A stretch of DNA of 57,379 bases, counting the filler, from Dugesia japonica (lineage: Eukaryota): the NCBI GenBank assembly GCA_001938525.1. It is 5 parts of 5 records of this genome, joined end to end, with 100 filler letters (N's around TTAATTAATTAA, not from the genome) between each part and the next. Parts side by side here need not be neighbours in the genome. Positions count along the whole stretch, not along the records: positions 48,401 to 57,379 come from MQRL01639337.1; 4 more parts are not named here. One strand, given 5' to 3'. The notes beneath the pieces were generated by a model. It saw only the letters and a program-made list of their open reading frames with translations. It was not told where the DNA came from and did not search any database. The position numbers were made by a program, and so were the translations under genes. Positions 52,440 to 57,379 of this stretch are shown in pieces (within the stretch, counting starts at the first letter, position 1; each line of letters starts with the position of its first letter).

Positions 52440-53780
52440 GAAGTTGACTTATCAGATGTTCATCTGTGAGGTGACTTCAATATCTACTTTTAATAAATTT
52501 CATTCTCACAACAATATGTGCTGCCAAAAAGTGATGTCATTTTCCTGGCATGCTGCTCTAAATTTGGATGCTTTCCACATACATCAATTTTGTAGAAAGT
52601 TACCAAGTCATTACTATCATATGCTCTTCTTAAGTCCGTATCAGACTGAAAATCTATCAGCTCCATTTGCTAGCAGTCTGGACTGTCCTTAGGTGCAACA
52701 TTAAATAGCTGAGAAAATAGCTTGAAATCAGTTTCACATTTCTTGAAATCCACAAATCTGCTTTTAAATTCAGCACATAACTTGTCAACACTTTCAGCAT
52801 ATTTTGAACAATCCAAATCGGTAAATTCTGCTTTTCTCACAGCTAGAGCGGGAATATGAGTAAAGTGCTGTTCTACTCAGCCGAGTCTTAAAAAGTGTTC
52901 GTTCCTTTTCAAAGGAATAAATGTGTTTATAAATCTTGTTCATCAACTGATTTTTGTTTTGCAGTATCACATTTGAACCTGTCATCATTGCTTAAATAAA
53001 CAACATCTTATTGCATTATTATCATGAATGATTCAATTTCATTTCTTAGATTCTAAGGTATTTTCAAAGTAGCAGCTTTTCTGAGCCAACTCACTGCAGT
53101 GGAGTCTAAAACATCAAGATAATCAGATTTCAATTTTCAAAGGACTTAAATTGCTGATGCTTCAGTCTACATACATTAATGCAATGATCACATTTAACAA
53201 TATCTTTCATAACTTTTGNNNNNNNNNNNNNNNNNNNNNNNNNNNNNNNNNNNNNNNNNNNNNNNNNNGCTTAAATAAACAACATCTTATTGCATTATTA
53301 TCATGAATGATTCAATCTCATTTCTTAGATTCTAAGGTATTTTCAAAGTAGCAGCTTTTCTGAGCCAACTCACTGCAGTGGAGTATAAAACATCAAGATA
53401 ATCAGATTTCAATTTTCAAAGGTCTTAAATTGCTGATGCTTCAGTCTACATACATTAATGCAAGGATCACATTTAACAATATCTTTCATAACTTTTGTTC
53501 ACAGGTTTTCCTAGTGTATAATGTCGTGATTTACTATAGTCCATTCCGAACCAATGCTATCCAAAATTCTTTTGGTGAATTCATTGGTTCTATTTGTTAT
53601 AAAGGTTGCCCCATCAGTTGTCAGGCCACACAGTTTGGAAGGGTCATGTTGAAATTTCTCCATCAATTTCATAACTTGCTCACTAATGTTTTGTCCAATA
53701 GTTATTGAAGCTATGTCCTAAAAGTCTTCAGTAATTTCAAAATTGTCAGTAACTCCTCGTACACACGCAACCAATTTGAA
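52440..53780 (-). mobile_element. hAT (GTF2IRD2/SPIN-Buster-like) transposase remnant
   Basis: VRGVTDNFEITE; HTAVSWL (cf. HTEVRWL); LRNEIE.F; L..EFKSRF.DF. Confidence 0.7.
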
Positions 53781-55093
53781 TTTTTACGAGCCCCTCGAAT
53801 TTTTAGGAGTAGAGGGTGGTTGAAAAAAAATTCATATAAAAAACATCTAGAGTAGAAACTTTAATTCGATTATCTAATTTGGTATTCGATTAATCGAATT
53901 CCGAGTTTTTGGGGATCGAGTATTTTCTTTCTGCATTGTATTTGTTTTTTTAACTTATGGAAAACGATTAATAATTTCCATTAATCGATTTTCACAAATC
54001 AGTAATGGTTTCAACTCTAGAAATGAAGACTAAACAGACAAGCGCGACAGAAATAATTTTTGGGAGACACATTAGCAGGGGAGATAGTATTACAAGGGGG
54101 ATACTGAAAATTTGATCAATAAACCATATTTTCAGACGCAGAGACAGTTTCAAAATGGCGAGTGGGTTTTGGTGAAAAGAGAAGGAAGTAATAAAGNNNN
54201 NNNNNNNNNNNNNNNNNNNNNNNNNNNNNNNNNNNNNNNNNNNNNNATTAATAAAGATGTATTACATAAGATATATACTATAAGATGGGAGTGGTAAACA
54301 GTGTCCTCAAAAGAAATTATGCTGAAAAGATAGGAACTGGAAATCAAAATTCAAGAGGGTCTATTAGGGTTGATCCAGACACAAATACTTGACTCTCTTA
54401 TTATGGACAGGAAATGTTGATGACCAGGAAATTTTGGATTTCAGCAAAGATAGATGTGGCAACGCAACATTTATGTTGTAGAAATTTACAAATTCGACGG
54501 AATGATTGCTAGAGTCATTTATATTTATCTCTGCATTTTTTATTAAACTATTTTCATGATACATCTTTATGCATAAATTAATAAATATTAATTTTTCTTA
54601 ATTTTGAAATATAAACTCAATTTATATTAATTTGATTACAATTAGATTTATTGAAAATTTTTCTCGGTCAATTGTAGCAAACATTACAATAAATCTTTTT
54701 TAAAAAATAATTCTGGCCATTGATCTGTAAAAATAAATAACTGAAATTTTTTGAAAACTTTTATTTAAAATTTTTTTCACAAGCAAGATAAACNNNNNNN
54801 NNNNNNNNNNNNNNNNNNNNNNNNNNNNNNNNNNNNNNNNNNNTCATAAATTAATAAATATTAATTTTTCTTAATTTTGAAATATAAACTCAATTTATAT
54901 TAATTTGATTAAAATTATATTTATTCAAAATTTTTCTCGGTCAATTGTAGCAAACATTACAATAAATCTTTTTTAAAAAATAATTTTGGCCGTTGATCTG
55001 TAAAAATAAATAACTGAAATTTTTTGAAAACTTTTATTTAAAATTTTTTTCACAAGCAAGATAAACTAAGATGTTCTTCTATTTTGATAGATT

Positions 55094-55126
55094 GTTCAAT
55101 ATTTCGGCTATGCCATCTTCAGGAAC
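55094..55126 (-). ncRNA. Minimal hammerhead ribozyme with an adjacent inverted degenerate copy
   Basis: gttc CTGAAGA t ggc ata gcc GAAA ta TT gaac. Confidence 0.75.
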
Positions 55127-56936
55127 TATTGTATAATAGTTCATGAATATGGCATAGCCAAAATATTGAATAATCTATTAATTTTTATTTTATAATTTTT
55201 TATTAATATGTATGATAAATGTCAAAATATGGTGAAAATTTTATTATTCGATTGAACTTTTCATTTTTAAACAAATACATTAAGACATATATATCTAATA
55301 ATAAAATTTTCACCATATTTTGACGTTTCTTTATGAAGTAAAATAATATGCGAGATGGATAATGAGTAATTTTTGAGTAATGAGTAATATGTAATGGTAA
55401 TGAGTTTGAGTCACCAGTTTAACTGTTCAATTTACAACTCCATTTTGACACTTGTTCATTTTTGTTTGTTTTAAATTTTTTCTTCCATTTTTTATAACTT
55501 AGTAAATAATTATTGGTTAATTTTTTTGACATCGTTAATAAGGTAATCTGTCCATTAATCAATCAATTATTTTGAAAAGCATTACAAAATGGTTTTGATA
55601 TTGATTAAAGGTTTAAAAAGGATAATGAAAAATTAAAAATATTATTTAAAATTAACGCAAAATGTTTTAATGTTCTTTGTGTTTAATATTAACTAGGTAT
55701 TACTGTTTCANNNNNNNNNNNNNNNNNNNNNNNNNNNNNNNNNNNNNNNNNNNNNNNNNNAGTAAATAATTATTGGTTAATTTTTTTGACATCGTTAATA
55801 AGGTAATCTGTCCATTAATCAATCAATTATTTTGTAAAGCATTACAAAATGGTTTTGATATTGATTAAAGGTTTAAAAAGGATAATGAAAAATTATAAAT
55901 ATTATTTAAAATTAACGCAAAATGTTTTAATGTTCTTTGTGTTTAATATTAACTAGGTATTACTGTTTCAACTGTGACTACTTAGAAAAGGGCCTATTGT
56001 GCCAGTTTTAAATTCCAGGCCAAAAATCATTAATTTGTTATTTTTACAGTGTGCATATGAATGAGTATGCGTGTTATGTTTTCATTTATTATTGATTTAT
56101 TTATTTTATATTTTTAGCTGGATGTCTTACTGGATAAACGAAATTCAAAAATTAATGCGGTTGTTGAATTTAATGTTGANNNNNNNNNNNNNNNNNNNNN
56201 NNNNNNNNNNNNNNNNNNNNNNNNNNNNNNNNNNNNNNNNNNNNNNNNNNNNNNNNNNNNNNNNNNNNNNNNNNNNNNNNNNNNNNNNNNNNNNNNNNNN
56301 NNNNNNNNNNNNNNNNNNNNNNNNNNNNNNNNNNNNNNNNNNNNNNNNNNNNNNNNNNNNNNNNNNNNNNNNNNNNNNNNNNNNNNNNNNNNNNNNNNNN
56401 NNNNNNNNNNNNNNNNNNNNNNNNNNNNNNNNNNNNNNNNNACTGCACCACTGATTGGATATTATCAAAAGCGTCATGTGCATTACCAGGTAAAGGCATC
56501 TCAGAAACCCGATAAAGTTTTTGAAGATATTTTAACTTTCTTTGAGAAAGTCAATAAATAAAATTCCATTTATATAGTTTTTCCAGGAAGATATTAAAGT
56601 AATCATTTAGTAGTTAGTTTTTATAATAAAATTTTTTGAACATTCGTTTGTTTTGAATAATTTAAATTTAATTTCTTAGGCATAAAACACATAATTCATA
56701 TAAATTAATAATAATAAATTCATCTAATAAATTGGAATTGATACAAACGTTTTAATTAACCAAGAAATATTTATGTGAAATGATTCTGGTTGGATATTAC
56801 ACTCTTATTCCTAAATATAAAGAAAATATTCCTAAATATAAATAAAATATTTTAAATATAAAGAAAAAAGTTTAAAATTCATTTAAAATAAAAGCTTCGA
56901 TCAAAAAAATTTTTTTATANTGTTTTTTTGAGATTG

Positions 56937-56970
56937 ATTCGAAATTTCTACTTTGTCTGCATCAGGAATT
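56937..56970 (-). ncRNA. Degenerate hammerhead, same family as 10505
   Basis: aattc CTGATGC agacaaagta GAAA tt TC gaat; flanks match 10500-10555. Confidence 0.55.
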
Positions 56971-57379
56971 GACTTTCAAAGTCATTTTTTTTCTTAATCT
57001 TTTTCTAGTGATTTCCTCTTTAGAAAGTACTTTGGAATTTGTACCTTGTGATACATTCATTCCCTCTTCCTGTAATTTTACACCAATGTCCTTTTGGAAG
57101 AGACTATATTCTGCTTGAATAATTTCGCAGATCGTATCTTTCACAATGTTTGTATCATCACATTCATTTTCTATTGAACCCTAAATTTAATTAAATATGT
57201 TTAAAATTATTTTCTTTATTTTCAAACTATTTCTTTAAATTTAAACTATTTTCTTTGTAGTTAAACTTTTTGTTTATACTTAAAAATATTTTCTTTATAT
57301 TTAGAAATATTGTCTTTATATTTAGGAATATTATCTTTATATTAAGCAATAAGAGTATATAAGTAAAAAAATACATTAT

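Noticed and set aside
51184-55970. Near-identical direct duplications flanking N gaps (51184/51648, 52989/53269, 54572/54845, 55501/55761)
   Set aside because: Each pair straddles a gap, so these are most likely unmerged contig overlaps or haplotypes rather than real tandem repeats. The apparent hammerhead dimer at 51200/51664 is therefore unproven.

Overview
Very AT-rich eukaryotic (animal) genomic DNA from a gapped draft assembly. The 56-57 nt introns, the base composition and the element families suggest a planarian flatworm (inference). There are two host genes: an integrin alpha-like ORF (6236-8749, +) and a three-exon SAC3/GANP-domain LENG8/Thp3-like gene (21784-23168, -). Most of the rest is decayed mobile DNA: Ty3/Gypsy, Penelope-like elements with minimal hammerhead ribozymes, hAT, pogo/Tigger, Maverick/Polinton remnants and MITEs. 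The most striking structure is a family of very long LTRs: a complete 4.4 kb solo LTR at 43056-47489, with relatives at 1-1539, ~33905-34897 and 1540-2719. Each appears to be a self-contained multi-gene transcription unit. A conserved CCAATx3-TATA promoter precedes an ATG-free leader exon ending in A|GT. After it comes a tandem array of small protein-coding cassettes, each with its own splice acceptor and stop and most with a poly(A) signal. Two cassette types begin AG|TG, so their ATG would be created only by splicing. Separately, a Gypsy element (~26200-32900, -) carries a ubiquitin-like domain and a chuvirus-type class III glycoprotein upstream of pol. All calls are by eye; no searches were run.
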